NCBI RefSeq assembly: GCF_006345805.1
Contig: NC_043008.1
Span: forward strand, 33,666,001 to 33,730,000
Origin: Octopus sinensis
Taxonomy: Eukaryota
Length of the DNA stretch: 64,000 bases
Reading direction: 5' to 3'
Shown here: piece by piece, positions 1 to 12,916 of the stretch
Layout: each line of letters begins with the position of its first letter
How positions within the stretch are numbered: position 1 is the first letter of the stretch
The notes under the pieces: model-generated
What the model was told of the DNA's origin: nothing
Database searches by the model: none
The model's input: the letters and a program-made list of their open reading frames with translations, nothing else
Position numbers and translations under genes: made by a program

Positions 1-961
1 AACAAGATTTGAAATCAGAATATAAAGGATCAAAATTATTAAAAAAAAAAATTTACCTTGACACCGTACTGATTCAGAGCAGTCACTGATTTGTGGAAAT
101 TATATTTTTAATTAACCAGTAAGTTGTGGTTCCTTATTTCCTCTACTTGTTTGTTTTTATCTTTTATCTTTCACTTGCTTTATTCATTGAACTGTAGAAC
201 ATGCTGGGCCACAACCTTGAAGGGTTCAGGAGTTCTCAACCATTTCTCACCTACAGACCCCTTTCATTACTATTTTATTCTGGTGGACCCCCATCTCATT
301 ACTATTCAATGTTCAAAAACTAGTTTTATAGAAACTTCTTTTAAAATTCCTATTTTGTTTTTCACACGTTAACTTGAGTTGGTCGAACTATATAAAATGT
401 TAGAGAAAAAGCATCCAGCTGTTTCTTGCAATACATAACAATACATACATGTAAAGCAAAATTTTTTCAGGGGCCTTTAAAATAGTATTGTGGATCCCAA
501 TCTATTATTTTGTTGCTTGGACCCACAAAAATCTTATATAGCCCATGAGGGTCCATGTTGACCCCAGTTGAGAACCTCTGGTTCAGATGAACACATTAAT
601 CCCAGTACTTATTTATAAGCTAGGTACTTATTCTATTCGGCTCTATCATCAGACCACTAAGTTATGAGGATGTAAACAACAATGACGCACCCAACAGAAT
701 CTAAACATACCACCTGCTGTATTAATTATTATTTCTTCTCTGAGCAAACTTGGAAATATCTGAAATTTATTGGAAAATAGTCATTTGTGCATTCTTATGT
801 CAAATTCACCTTTCATCCTTTCAGAGTTAATGAAAAAAAAAAGTATTAATCCAGGGAGACGGATGAACAGAACTACAAAATCATTGGATCAAGTATCTTG
901 TAGTATTTGTTCCAACTCAATGTGTTTTTGAGTTCAAATCTTGTCATAGTTTTGTTTGGGT
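1..961. repeat. Segmental direct repeat, copy 1 (copy 2 at 61115-62573)
   Basis: Near-identical sequence at offset 61114. ORF 124..372 and ORF 61238..61486 differ at only 3 of 82 codons. Homology ends at gttttgtttgggt (~961 / ~62573). Left boundary lies outside the window. Confidence 0.95.
227..580. mobile_element. Putative hAT-type MITE
   Basis: Imperfect TIRs caggagttctcaac (227-240) and gttgagaacctctg (567-580), 12/14 match. No clean 8-bp TSD. Confidence 0.45.
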
Positions 962-1544
962 CATGAGCAGAGTGGGCTACTCAACCTGAAGAAGACTCTA
1001 ACTGGGCCCCACCTGCAAGGTTGTAGGCTGTTTATAGTGTCTTTACAACAATTAAGGTCTATAGAGAAAAACTTATCCGTGTGTGAAAGAAAATGGAAAG
1101 GACCTGCATACAGTGCTGTTAACGGAGGTTTAATAAAATTGTTGGGCACAAAAATGCGAGCTAAAGGAGTAAAGCTTCTGTCAAGGGAGAGCTAGAAATG
1201 AAATTGTCAAATAGTTAAGAGGTTTTAAGCAGGAGTGATGTATTCAAAAATGGTAAAACTAGAAATTGTCAAGGATAAATTAAATTTATTATAGTTACTG
1301 AATATGTTAATGCTATTTAATTTCTGAACGTTTTTGCTGCTGTTTGTTTATGTAGTTTGATTTCTTTATTCATCAGTTTCTACTAAGATAGAGACACAAA
1401 TAAAAATAATAATAGAGAAACAAAAATAAAACTTTGGAAACAGAAATGCCACCATAACCTATGTGGAAACCATGAGTGTGCTTTTTATGGGAGATAATCA
1501 GAGAAAGACTTGAAAGCCAACATAAGATCGTAATACTTCATGTA

Positions 1545-1757
1545 AAGTAAAATAAATATAACGAATAATCCAGAACCTTGTCTGGTACTGGACCAATCCG
1601 CAAATCTAATCAGTTTGTGCCAGTCATGAGGCCAAACATCCCTGAAAGTTTCATCTAAAACCATCCAGCAGTTCTTGAGATATTTTGTTCACAGACAAAC
1701 AAACAAACAAACACAACTGAAAGCAATACCTCTGCCTTCGCTAAGGTGGAGGTAATA
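1545..1757 (+). mobile_element. Helentron-associated non-autonomous element (HINE/DINE-like)
   Basis: (CAAA)n tract followed by terminal hairpin tacctctgcctt-cgct-aaggtggaggta (1727-1754), an architecture typical of HINEs. Confidence 0.55.
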
Positions 1758-1769
1758 AATGCCCTGATA

Positions 1770-2240
1770 CAGTACTAGCTCTCATAGCTTTTGATCTTAA
1801 ATGATTGGAAGTGTTATCATGTACATGTTTTGTCGTGGTATAAAAGATGGGCAACAGCAAATATTCTGCTCAATACCACAGATTCGCTTGTCAGTTGCTT
1901 GACCATAACCAGTTGAGCATGTTCTTTAATGGCTGACAGTATGTACATCTTTGGTCACAAGCAGAAGCAGTTGGTGAGCATCATAGCTATGTGTTGAAAG
2001 GAATTCTTTGGGGTTTGAATAATTCATCCCTGGAAACATGGATGTCTTGTTCATCATCCTTAAACAAACCCTATTCAAGGACTTTTGAGCAGGATGGGGC
2101 TACTCAACCTGAAGAAAATTCTAACTGGATACCACCTGGTCATGCACTGTTTATCTTGATATGAAATCACATGTCATGCATATATGGTTGTGATGCATGT
2201 TCCTGAGGCACCCTTATCAGACAGGTAGTCATGATATGTA
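1770..2240. mobile_element. Interspersed SINE-like repeat (partial second copy at ~962-1030)
   Basis: Shared segment gggctactcaacctgaagaa..tctaactgg..ccacctg at ~972-1015 and ~2095-2140. Confidence 0.5.
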
Positions 2241-2302
2241 TATTGAGCTTCGTATATTTGTACCCCAGTGTCATTTTGATGGCATGCACTACTCTCTCAC
2301 TC

Positions 2303-2348
<46 letters not shown>

Positions 2349-2853
2349 GCAACAACAATTAAGTTTGATTAATTTATATTTTATTGGCTAAAGACAAAGA
2401 TAGTGCCCATGTCTAAACAGATCCTCCAAGACTGAAGAGCATTTTGTTGCTAATGTTCCTTTGAAACAGTTGCAATTCAACACCACAAGGAAAATATAAA
2501 CTGAAGAAGATTCCAGAAAGGCCAATGTTCAAGAGCAAAAGGACTGAGCATAGTTCCTAGGGCAGGGTCAGGTGAGGGTGGGGCGATAAGATATAACAAA
2601 GGTGATAAGAGCTGAAGAAACATGTGAGTAGGACGACAGGAGTGCCATAGGGATGAATGTATGTGTGTGTGTGCACAAGCATGTGTGTGGGTGTGCATGC
2701 ATACGTGTGTGTGTGTGAGTGTGTGTGTGAGTGTGTGTGTGCATGTTTGTGTGTGTGTCTATTATAGATACATATGTCGTTGCTATTTACCTCAGTTTGG
2801 CCATGTCTGAGCAAACCTGTGATCAAAGGTATCCCATTAATGACCACAGGCAC

Positions 2854-3238
2854 AGGCATGGCTGCATGGTAAGAAACCTGCTTCCTAACCACATGGTTCC
2901 AGGTTCAGTCCCACCATGTGCCACCTTGAACAAATGTCTTCTACTATAGCCTCAGGCTAAAAAAGCCTGTGAATGGATTTGGTAGATGGAAACTGAAAGA
3001 AGCCTGTTGTGTATGTGTGTGTGTGTGTCTTTGTTTGTCCCCCCCATCTTTGCTTGACAAATGGTGTTGGTGTGTTTAGATCCTCATAACTTAGTAGTTC
3101 AGCAAAAGGACCCAATAGAATAAATAAATACAAGGCTTAAAAAAATAAGCCATGGGTTGATTTGTTTGACCAAAACCCTTCAAGGCAGTGCTCCAGCATG
3201 CCTGGAGTCAAATAACTGAAACAAGTAAAAGAATAAAA
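2854..3238 (+). mobile_element. tRNA-derived SINE, family A
   Basis: tRNA-like head (tggtaag.. / ggttcagtccc), central (TG)n and gaaacaagtaaaag tail. Many homologous copies in the window. Confidence 0.85.
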
Positions 3239-3391
3239 TTTTAAAATTCCATAGTGTACCTAAAACAACATTATTCAATGTGCTCTTCCTGTTTTAAGAT
3301 AGTATGGTTAGAGTTGAGAGAGACTTGACTGCTATTTCTACCAGGTCAGACAATTGCTTTCATTTGCACACAGGTACACATATTTGTAAGA

Positions 3392-3607
3392 CGGTGAACT
3401 AGCAGAAGCGTTATCATGCCGGGCGAAATGCTTAGTGGTATTTCGCCTGCCTTTACATTCTGAGTTCAAATTCTGCTGAGTTCGACTTTGCCTTTCACCC
3501 TTTCAAGGTAGATGAATTAAGTACCAGTTGTGTACTGGGGTCGATCTATTCGACTTACCCCCTCCCTAAAAATTTCGTGCGTTGTGTCTAGAGTAGAAAA
3601 GAAAAGG
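3392..3607 (+). mobile_element. SINE, family B
   Basis: Consensus ..gcagaa.cgtta.ca.gccgggcgaaatgcttag..ttctgagttcaaatt.. repeated more than 10 times in the window. Confidence 0.85.
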
Positions 3608-3728
3608 TACACATATTTGTAATGGGAAATTTTGAGTACTGAGTGTGACTGTTCTGACTTTCAATAAAGTGTGATATATTTTCTCTATTTCCAAAAAGTC
3701 ATTCAAATATTTTGTTTACTTTCAGATT

Positions 3729-3774
3729 ATGAATCGCATTTTCATTTTACTTTCTCTCCTGCAAATAGTTTATA
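3729..3774 (+). CDS. Receptor-like gene coding exon 1 (signal peptide MNRIFILLSLLQIVY)
   Basis: Acceptor ttactttcag|ATT at 3726, ATG at 3729, hydrophobic N-terminus, donor A|gtaagt at 3775 (phase 1). Confidence 0.8.
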
Positions 3775-4019
3775 GTAAGTATTCTAACTTATAACTTCTT
3801 TCATGAATTCTTGAAATATTAATTTTCATCTCATCAAAAACATAGACATCGATTCATTTCTGTTTTACATAATGTTACATTCTTATATTTCAGTTGCATT
3901 ATCATAATTGTGTGTGTGATGTGTGTTTGTGTGCATGTGTGTGTGCGTGTATGCATACACACATGCATATATGTGTGTGTGAGTTTGTGTGTAAAATGAA
4001 ACAAAATATAAACGAGTGT

Positions 4020-4200
4020 TTTTGCCTTTTACTCTTTTAAGTCATTGGACTGTGGCCATGCTGGGGCACTGTCAAACAAATCAACCAGAGCACATACTTT
4101 TTTTTAACCTGGTATTCATTCTATCAGCCTCTTTTGCTGAATTGCTAAGTCATGGTTATGTAAACAAACCAACACTAGTTGTAAGGGACAAATACAAACA
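4020..4200 (-). mobile_element. SINE family A, 3' part
   Basis: Reverse complement of the family A tail (cttttactctttt..gtcatt.gactgtggccatgctgg). Confidence 0.7.
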
Positions 4201-4554
4201 GAAAAACAGATTCACAAATCGATATACCATATTTTATAAGGAACCCTCGTGTATAAGAAACTCACTAATTTTGGGGGCTTAAAATTTGGAAAAATGGTTT
4301 TGTAAGAGATTATAATACTATCCATATATAAGAAACAACCATATTTTTTAACCTAATTTTTGTTGAAACAAGAAAAGGGTTGCCTGGCTGAAAAGGTCTT
4401 TTGCAGGGTTTAGAAAAACTGAAGGACCATTGTATGAAAGGGGAATATTTTGAATAAAATTTTAGTTAACTAACCCTCTTGTATTTTCTCTTACCCAAAG
4501 CCAGAAACTTTTCAGCACTTCCTCATGTGTGTGTGTGTGTGTGTATGTGTGTAT

Positions 4555-5830
4555 CATCACATCATCATCATCATTTAGAGTCTGCTTTCCATGCTAGCAT
4601 GGGTTAGACAGTTTGACTGAAACTGGTAAGCTGGAGAGCTGTACTAAGTTATAGTCATGGCATGGTTTCTAAGGCTGGATGCCCTTCATAACACCAACCA
4701 CTCCATAAAGTATACTGGGTACCTTTTGCATGTCACTGGTATGGGTCCCAGTTACGTGATACTTGCATCAGTCAAAACTCTGATTTCATTTGGTTTGATG
4801 AGTTTTCTCATGCACAGCAAATTACCAAAGGTCTCAGTCACCTGTCATTGCCGCCATGAGGCCCAACGTTCAGATATGCATTCCACGTGCATTTTATGTG
4901 CCAGTTATGTGACACTGGCATTGGCCACAACTACTATTTCACTTGGCTTGATGAATCTTCTCAAGCACAGCATATCACTTTGATTCTAGATTTGCTTCCA
5001 CACCTGAAATTTCTTCTCTAGTTCTGGTAGTGATTTGGCAATAAGAATAAGGTCATCAGTACAGAGGAGCTCCCAGGGACAGCCCGACTTAAATTCCTTT
5101 GTTATCGCCTGGAGGACTATGAAGAACAAGAGGGAGCTGTGGATTGATCATTGGTGAACCCTTACTCATACCCTGAATTCATCATAGTAATTGTTGCCAA
5201 CTCTCACCTTACTGAGAGCCTCTCTGTACATGGCTTGTACAGCTCTAATTACTCCACATTGAGCACCAGATAAGAGAGTGGGAGACCCTGTCAAAGGCTT
5301 TCTCCATATCAACAAAAACCAAATACAGAGGTTTATTTTTGGCTCAGTATTTCTCCTTCAGCTTCCTTACCAGAAATATAGCACAGGTGGTGCTTCTCCC
5401 TGGCACAAAACCAAACTGTGTCTCATTTAGACTAACTCTCTTCCTAATTAGTTGGGCTACAACCCTCTCTATAACTTTCATTGCCTGATGTAACAATTTG
5501 ATACCTCTGTAATTGTTTCTGTCTAAGCTGTTGCCTTTACCTTTGAGCAGCTGACAATGGTGTTGCTACACCAGTCATTAACCTGAGTAACTAGACCATA
5601 ACCAACACTGTCAGGTATTTTAAACATCTCAGCAGTGATTCCTGATAGTTTGGGGGCTTTCCTAGTCTTCATATTCTTCATGGCTTTATCTACCATGCTA
5701 CTGTCTGTTCTGATTGGTAGGCAGACTTTCCTTCTCCCATGAGTTCATTACATTTAGTAGCCTTTCATAATGGCACTTCCAAGCCTCTTGTTTTGCAGTG
5801 TCACTAATTACCATTGAATCATCATCCATG
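4555..5830 (-). mobile_element. Degenerate 5'-truncated RTE LINE ((GAT)n-tailed family)
   Basis: Homologous to the RTE copies at 20921-24545 and 30645-33140. (ATC)n tail at ~4555-4575. Confidence 0.8.
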
Positions 5831-7395
5831 TGAACACACATTTTCCCAACAACATCACAGATTTCCCTATGTATACCTGCTTCTTAACTTCCCTTTTAGC
5901 TGCCTCAGAGCTGGCCTTGCCATTTCCACTTTCAGTTCGGAGAATTTGGCGATTTTTCAACCTCTTTACTCACAACATTCATGTCAATGGGTCTGGATAC
6001 ATCAATGATCTGACAGTATTTGTCTCTCTTATTCAATATGACAACATCCAACAGACGGTGTTCAATTACATAATCCATCTGAAAATCATAGATCCAGAGT
6101 ATCGTTACTTTTCCATCCTATTGCATAACTTTACTTGGTACACGCTGAGACCAGTTCTCCATTATTTCATATTGATATTTATGGCATGAGAGCCAATGAA
6201 GATACGCACACATTTTATCATGGTGACGCTTGTATTCTTTTTGTGTAAGGCTCTCACATCCACTTACCAAGTGGGTCCCATTTCCCACACTCTTTCCACA
6301 GAATCTGCATTTCTGTGTGTCAGAAGTTTTATAGATGTTATACTTCACTGAATTGGTAGCGAGAGCCTGGTCTTGTGCAGCAATGATCAGGTTTTCAGTG
6401 ATATGCTTCAAATCGCCTCACTCAAGCCATGCCCATGATGCTCTATTATCCTTAACGTCCTGTGTATTCCATTCAAACTGTCTATGCATTCTCATTTCAA
6501 GAATGTCATCCAGTTCCAAAACCCCTAAATATCTATCCCCGCTACCGTTGGGTTCACTCATGATCTCTCCTGATGGTTACCACAACCCTCTGCAGGCTGC
6601 TTTCTTCCCACTTTTCATATTAAGTACTGAGCATTTGGTAATCCCAAATTCCACACCAATGTCCCTACCACACTCCTGGACTACTTTTGTTAAGTAATCT
6701 GTCTGTATTTTTAGATTTCCCAAACAATTTCAGGTCATCCATAAACAGAAGATGATTCAATGATGGGCTTTTCTTCCCACATTGGTAACCCATATTAACT
6801 TTCCTAAGTGCCATTGTTATGGGTATTAGTGCAATTACAAATAGTAATGGAGATAACAAGTCACCTTGGAAGATGACTCTTTTACTAGTAACTTCTCCAA
6901 GGAGTACTTTACTTGAGTACAATTTGGTTTTCCAGTCTTTCATGCTATGCATCAGAAAATTTGTGATGTTGCTGACAACATCAAACACCAGCAGACATTC
7001 AACGATCCAAGAATGAGGAGGCATCATATCATATGCCTTCTTAAAGTCAAATCCAAGCCATAGACATCTTTGTATGATGTTTTTTACAATGCATCAAAAC
7101 TGTTTTATTGATGACCAGGTGATCCTTGGTACCCTGAGAACTCTTCCTACATCCTTTTTGTTTCCTTGGTAGTATTTCTTCCTATGCCAGGAAAGCATAT
7201 GTCTCTGCTGCACATATTCCAGTGAGTATCTTGCAGATGATGTTTAGGAATGCTATGGGATGGTAGAGGCCCACAATATTCCCCTTTCTTCTATCTTTCA
7301 TTATAAGTCTTGTCCTCCCATTCACCGTCCATGTAGGGCCTGCACCTTTCTGGATACACTCATTCAATTGGGCTGCTAGTCTTTCATGCACATTA
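5830..7395 (-). mobile_element. Degenerate R4/Dong/NeSL-type (REL-endonuclease) non-LTR retrotransposon
   Basis: ORF 6665..7027 has IFQGDLLSPLLF and LLFMDDLKLF (RT). ORF 6118..6411 has AAQDQAL..KCRFCGK..HLVSGC (CCHC knuckle). ORF 7182..7391 has GRTRLIMK..YHPIAFLNIICK. Confidence 0.85.
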
Positions 7396-7521
7396 GTAGT
7401 TAATAACAGCCATTGATATGAAAGGTAAGATTAATATTCAGAAAATATTTGGACTAATATTAATTTTTCATCAAATGAATTGAAGTTTTTTCTCCAATTT
7501 CTGACACTTATTTTCTTTTAG

Positions 7522-7587
7522 GTTCTGTGGGTCAGAGTAAGACCATCATATTGAATTCACAATTACAGCCTGAACCAATATCAAAAA
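7522..7587 (+). CDS. Receptor-like gene exon 2 (SSVGQSKTIILNSQLQPEPISK)
   Basis: Acceptor ttttcttttag|GT and donor A|gtatgt. 66 nt, phase 1-1, open. Completes the signal peptide with a plausible SVG/QS cleavage site. Confidence 0.75.
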
Positions 7588-8254
7588 GTATGTATCAGAA
7601 TAATATATGCTTCAAGAATATTTGTAGTGTGCTACTGAATCAAATGTTATTCATTTCTTTAATCTTGTATCACCATCTACTTCAGTCTTAGCAAAAAATT
7701 AATAAACAAATGGTAACAACAAATTCAGGAAATTGCATTTCCGTTGTTTTTACCAAAATTGCAGTTACTATCTATCGGTCACAGATCCTGACCAAAGTAT
7801 CACCATTTTTCTGTGATGAGGTAGAAATTGAGTGTAGAATGCACAGTGCTGCAACAGATACATCAAGGCAGAACATCCAATTCTGAAAAAATTATGCCAT
7901 CTCCTAATCTAGACTAGTAATTTTCTCTTATCAGCCCCAAACAAATGAAAAGTAAGGTTAATCTCAATGAATAGAACATCAAAAAAAGCAAATGTTATGT
8001 AGCAGTATCACATGTATTCTAGAAACGTTTCTGCTATCTAATTCAGTCTTAGAAAAGAATTAAAGGCATCCCAACTCTCTCTGTCTGTTTCTCCCCCTAC
8101 CTCCCTCTCACAATTGCTACCTGCCCACTCTTCTTGATCTTCTCACTCCAGAGCCCAACCTGACACCTTGTTACCACTGTTTTTATCTCTTTTTCTAGAT
8201 CCACCTTAATTACTTTCACCCACTCTTCTATGGTCCTTTCTACCAAAGACACAG

Positions 8255-8437
8255 AGCCTGAAATTTTAGGGGTTGGAGCAAATCTATTACATCAGCCCTC
8301 AATGCTTAACTAGTACTTATTTCATTGACCCTTGAAAAATAAAGTCTGCTTCTGCTAAATTTGAACTCAGATCATAAAAACAACCAAAATACCACTAAGC
8401 ATTTTGTCCTGCATGCAAACAATTCTGTTTTGCTTAC
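8255..8437 (-). mobile_element. SINE family B (diverged)
   Basis: Reverse complement of the family B consensus. Confidence 0.65.
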
Positions 8438-9224
8438 CACCTTCTAACTCTTGTATAATGTGAACAGATTTGTATCTCCTTAACAGCAAGAAACCTGTTC
8501 GAATTCCCTCTGTTGTACTCAAATGTTTCCTTACTTAGTATAGAACTGCCTCATTTTCTACTGTAGTTCCATTCAGCCTATGAAGATCTTAGTCTTGTAG
8601 TCCACATGGCAAATACATGGGTTCTGGTGCAATGAAAAAGCATCCAGTGCACTTTGGAAAGTGGTTGAGAGAAGTAAGGGCCTTCAGACATGCCAAAGCA
8701 GACCTTGAAGCAGAAAGCGGTCCTCTGACACATCAGATTCTCTCAAACCATCCAACCCTTGCCAGCATGGAAGATTGATGTTAAAAGATGATGATGATGA
8801 TAATGATGAAATCTGTGTGTGTGTGTGTGAGTGTGTGCATGCACGTGTGTGTGCGTGCAGGTGTGTGTGCATAAGTGTGTGAGCGTGCATGTGTGTGTAG
8901 AGTGTGTGTGTGCATGCATGTATGTGCATGTGCATGTATGCATGTGTTTATGTGTTCACGTGCATGTGTGCATATTTTCTGCTCGCTTACTAAATCCTTT
9001 TAATATCAACTAGATAATATTGTACAACTAGGGTACTACAGATGGTTCACCTCACTTAGCAACCAGGAGGAATTATATGTAAATAAACTAACATCATGGC
9101 TGTGAATCAAATTGTGCCTATGGCAACTTTGAAGAAAAATACTAGATTTGTCAAGATTTTACGAGAGTAGAACTCCAAAGAATATTAATTAATCAATATT
9201 TAATACCTTATTTATCTTAGATTC

Positions 9225-9435
9225 TTTTATAGTCTAGGCACAAGGCCTGAAGTTTTGGGGAGGGGGCCGGTCGATTAGATCGACCCCAGTACATTATTGG
9301 TACTTAATTTATTGACCCCGAAAGGATAAAAGCAAAGTTGACCTAGGTGGAATTGGAACTCAGAATGTAAAGAAAGACGAAATACTGCTAAGCATTTTGC
9401 CCGGTGTGCTAACATTTCTGCCAGCTTGCCACCTT
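9225..9435 (-). mobile_element. SINE family B
   Basis: Reverse complement of the family B consensus. Confidence 0.85.
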
Positions 9436-9550
9436 TTATTTATCTTAGATCGAAATATGAATTTTATTTCCAGTCATAACTCTATTTGAATATCTAATCC
9501 AGCAGAATAATACTATCATTTGCTTGAGGCTTAGAAAACAATAAATAAGC

Positions 9551-9705
9551 ATATGTATGTATGTATGTATGTAGGTATGTATGTATGTATGTATGTATGT
9601 AGGTATGTATGTATGTATATATGTATGTAGGTATGTATGTATGTATGTATGTATGTATGTGTGTGTATTTGTGTGTATGTATGTATGTATGTATGTGTGT
9701 GTGTA

Positions 9706-9738
<33 letters not shown>

Positions 9739-9783
9739 AGGTATGTATGTGTGTGTGTATGTGTGTGTGTATGTATGTATGTA
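9551..9783. repeat. Compound (TATG)n/(TG)n microsatellite
   Basis: Direct inspection. Abuts the 5'-truncated end of the RTE-BovB element. Confidence 0.95.
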
Positions 9784-9784
9784 T

Positions 9785-12012
9785 GAGAATGATGCTGAAA
9801 TTCAACGACTATTAGTGGTGAAGCGCCATGCCCACAGTGTGTTGCTGCACAGTGAACTTGCCCACTATAACAGTGTAAAATCACTACTGCAGCGATCTCT
9901 CAGGAAGATGCAGAACACTTGGTGGGAGGATCTTGCTCGTGATGCTCAGGGTGCTGCTGATGCAAATGACAGCAAGAAGCTTTACCATCTTATGAAGCGA
10001 GCTTATGGACCTAAGAGCTCCACATCAGCTCCTTTGCTTTCCAAGGAGTCTTCCACTATGTTTACTAAATCAACAGAAATCACAGGTCGCTGGATCGAAC
10101 ACTTCTCTGAACTCCTAAACCATGAGTCAGTTGTGGATGAAACAGTGATTGATACTATGAAACAAAGACTTATCATTGACTCCTTAGACTCCTCGCCATC
10201 AATACATGAAGTAATAACATCAATAAGTAACTTGAATCTTGGTAGGGCACCTGGAAAGGATGGAATTTGTGCTAAGGTCTTGCGATTTGGTGGTTATTGC
10301 ATCACACAGTCCCTTCATGAACTTATTAGTGCAGTCTGGAGGGATGGTGCAATCCCTAAGGACTGGAAGGATGCAATTATTCTTCCTCTTTATAAAGGAA
10401 AAGGAGCCAGAACAATGTGTGGTAACTACAGAGGTATTGCTCTACTATCAGCTGCTGGCAAGGTTCTGGCAAATATTCTTCTTACCCGTCTGAATGGGTG
10501 TCTCATAAATGATGTCCTATCTGAATCTCAATGTGGCTTCTGATCTGGTAGAGGGACAATGGATATGATTTTCACAGCAAGACAGATGCAGGAGAAGTGC
10601 TATGAGCAGAATATGGATCTTGTCCAGGTATTCATTGATTTAACTAAGGCCTTTGATACTGTAAATAGGGCCTTTCTATGGAAAATACTTGGCAAACTTG
10701 GATGTCCAGATCACTTTGTATCAATAATTAAATCATTTCATGATGGGATGGAGGCTTGGGTCAATGTTGGTGGTGCCATGGCAGGACCCATTCCTGTAGA
10801 GAATGGTGTTAAGCAGGGTGACATCCTTGCCCCAACTCTCTTTTCTTTGTACTTTGCTGCTACTTTTACTCATGCTTTTGCTAAGGTTAGCTCTCTGGGA
10901 ATATATGTCAGATATCGATCTTCTGGCCGCCTCTTTAATCTTCGCCGATTTGCTGCCAATTCAAAGGTTTCCCAGTCTATTATTCGTGACCTCCTTTATG
11001 CAGATGACTGTGACTTAGTCACTCATACAGTGGATGACATGCAAATACTCATGAATTGTATTTCTGCTTCTTGCAGGGTATTTGGACTCAGCATCAGCCT
11101 GGACAAGACTGTTGTAATGTTCCAGCCTGCACCAGGAAATCCATATATAGAACCAGCTATCTTGGTTGAAGGAACAATTCTGAAGGTAGTAGACAAGTTT
11201 GTCTACCTGGGCAGCACACTCAGCCGTTCTTGCTCCTGGATGAGGAAATATCTTTCAGGTTGCAGAGAGCAACTAATTCCTTCTGGTCTCTTCAGTCTCG
11301 TGTCTGGTCCCAACATGGCATCGCAAGGAGAACAAAAGTTGCTGTGTACCGTGCTTGTGTACTGACATCGCTTCTCTACTCATGTGAGACATGGACTCTA
11401 TACAAACGTCAGGTCAGGGTCCTTGAACGTTTTCATCAGAGATGTCTCAGACACATTCTCAATGTTGGCTGGACCACAAAAATTCCAAACACACAGATCC
11501 TGAGGACAGCTGATATCTTGAGTATTGAGGCGGTGGTACACAAGCACAGGTTGCGTTGGACTGGACACCTTATTAGAATGGAGGATAGAAGGATTCCTAA
11601 GCAGATGCTCTATGGAGAACTTGTGAATGGAAGGAGACTCCGACAGAAACCAGGGCTGCGATTTAAGGACTGTGTAAAGTCCTCGTTAAAGGCCTTTGAT
11701 ATGTAGGACACTGACTGGGAGAACAATGCCTGTCATCGCCACAGATGAAGGAAGCAGGTTAAGGAGGGGACCGACACCTTTGAGAGAGCACGTATCCAAC
11801 ATGAAGAACTTAAGCGAGCTGCGCGAAAGCGCACGGCTCGTATAGTGAATGGGGAAAGCTTGGTCTGCAATGTTTGCAGTCGTGTATGCTTGTCAAAAGC
11901 AGGGCTCATTAGCCACCAACGGAGCCACAAATGCAAAATATAAGTTAGTCCTAGAGCACACAATGTTCCTGAAGGTCGGCAATGGTCTTCCTCGGTCACG
12001 AGTGGACGGCCA
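9785..12012 (+). mobile_element. 5'-truncated RTE-BovB-like LINE, disrupted ORF2
   Basis: ORFs 9581..10543, 10559..11365 and 11230..11706 give RAPGKDGI, NYRGIALLS, FIDLTKAFDTV, GVKQGDILAPTLF, LLYADD, FVYLGS and LLYSCETW. C-terminal CNVC..SHQRSH zinc finger at ~11865-11930. Stops at 10541 and 11704, frameshift at ~11235. Confidence 0.95.
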
Positions 12013-12014
12013 TC

Positions 12015-12185
12015 ATGTATGTATGTATGTATGTATATGTGTGTGTGTGTATGTATGTATGTATGTATGTATGTATGTGTGTGTGTGTGTGTGTATATGT
12101 ATGTATGTATGTGTGTGTGTGTGTTTGTGTATGTATGTATATATGTATGTATGTATGTATGTATGTGTGTGTATGTATATATGTA

Positions 12186-12241
<56 letters not shown>

Positions 12242-12245
12242 TGTA
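12015..12245. repeat. Compound (TATG)n/(TG)n microsatellite (LINE tail)
   Basis: Direct inspection. Confidence 0.95.
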
Positions 12246-12916
12246 TGCTTGTAAGGATGGATGGATGCATGCATGTATGTACATACAAAGTGCTGAAGTG
12301 ATTCTGAAGTGAATGTAATCAGCTGTTCCCACTGCTGCATCTCCTCAGTTATTCTTGGCAGGGTCATGAATTGTAACCTGCCCAGTTCTTGAAGCTGTCA
12401 GGTCAGAATTTTCTATCTTTACTTCTTTTTCATCCTTCCTCAATTGTGCTCTGAAAATTGGTTTTGGACAGGGAGTTGTGGCAGGATGCATGGCTGAACC
12501 AGACAAGCTTTGACTTTTTTACCTGCACAAGGAGAGGATCCAATCTGCCAGCATATCCATTGACTTGCTGCCTGACAAAGTTGTTTGTCTTGTGTTCTCT
12601 GTACAGGATGCACAGCAGCCACCTGAAGCACTCAAGTAGGAAGAATACCTTGGTTTTTGGTAGCAGCATCATTAGGTATGAACTGGTACATTGGTTCTCA
12701 TCTGACTCTCACTATTGTTGCTGAGACCATACTTGGCCACAACTTGATAATTGTGTCTGCTAGTAGGCTAAACTTAGTGTGGGACTCAATGCATGGAGAG
12801 GTGATGGGTGCTGACAAACATTTGTAGACCCACCAAAATATTATCATAATACAAAACAATCATGACCCAACATGCATGTGAACATATATATATATGCATA
12901 TATAAATATATATATA

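Noticed and set aside
124-372. 82-aa hydrophobic ORF duplicated at 61238
   Set aside because: TTG start, T-rich composition, overlaps a putative MITE. Its conservation just reflects the recent duplication.
2432-2470. CTGAAGA...GAAAC hammerhead-like spacing
   Set aside because: No stem II adjacent to GAAA and no GUH/stem I geometry.
7765-7820. Possible exon cag|TT..GAG|gtagaa
   Set aside because: Phase 1-0 is incompatible with exon 3 (phase 1 start), and the model closes without it.
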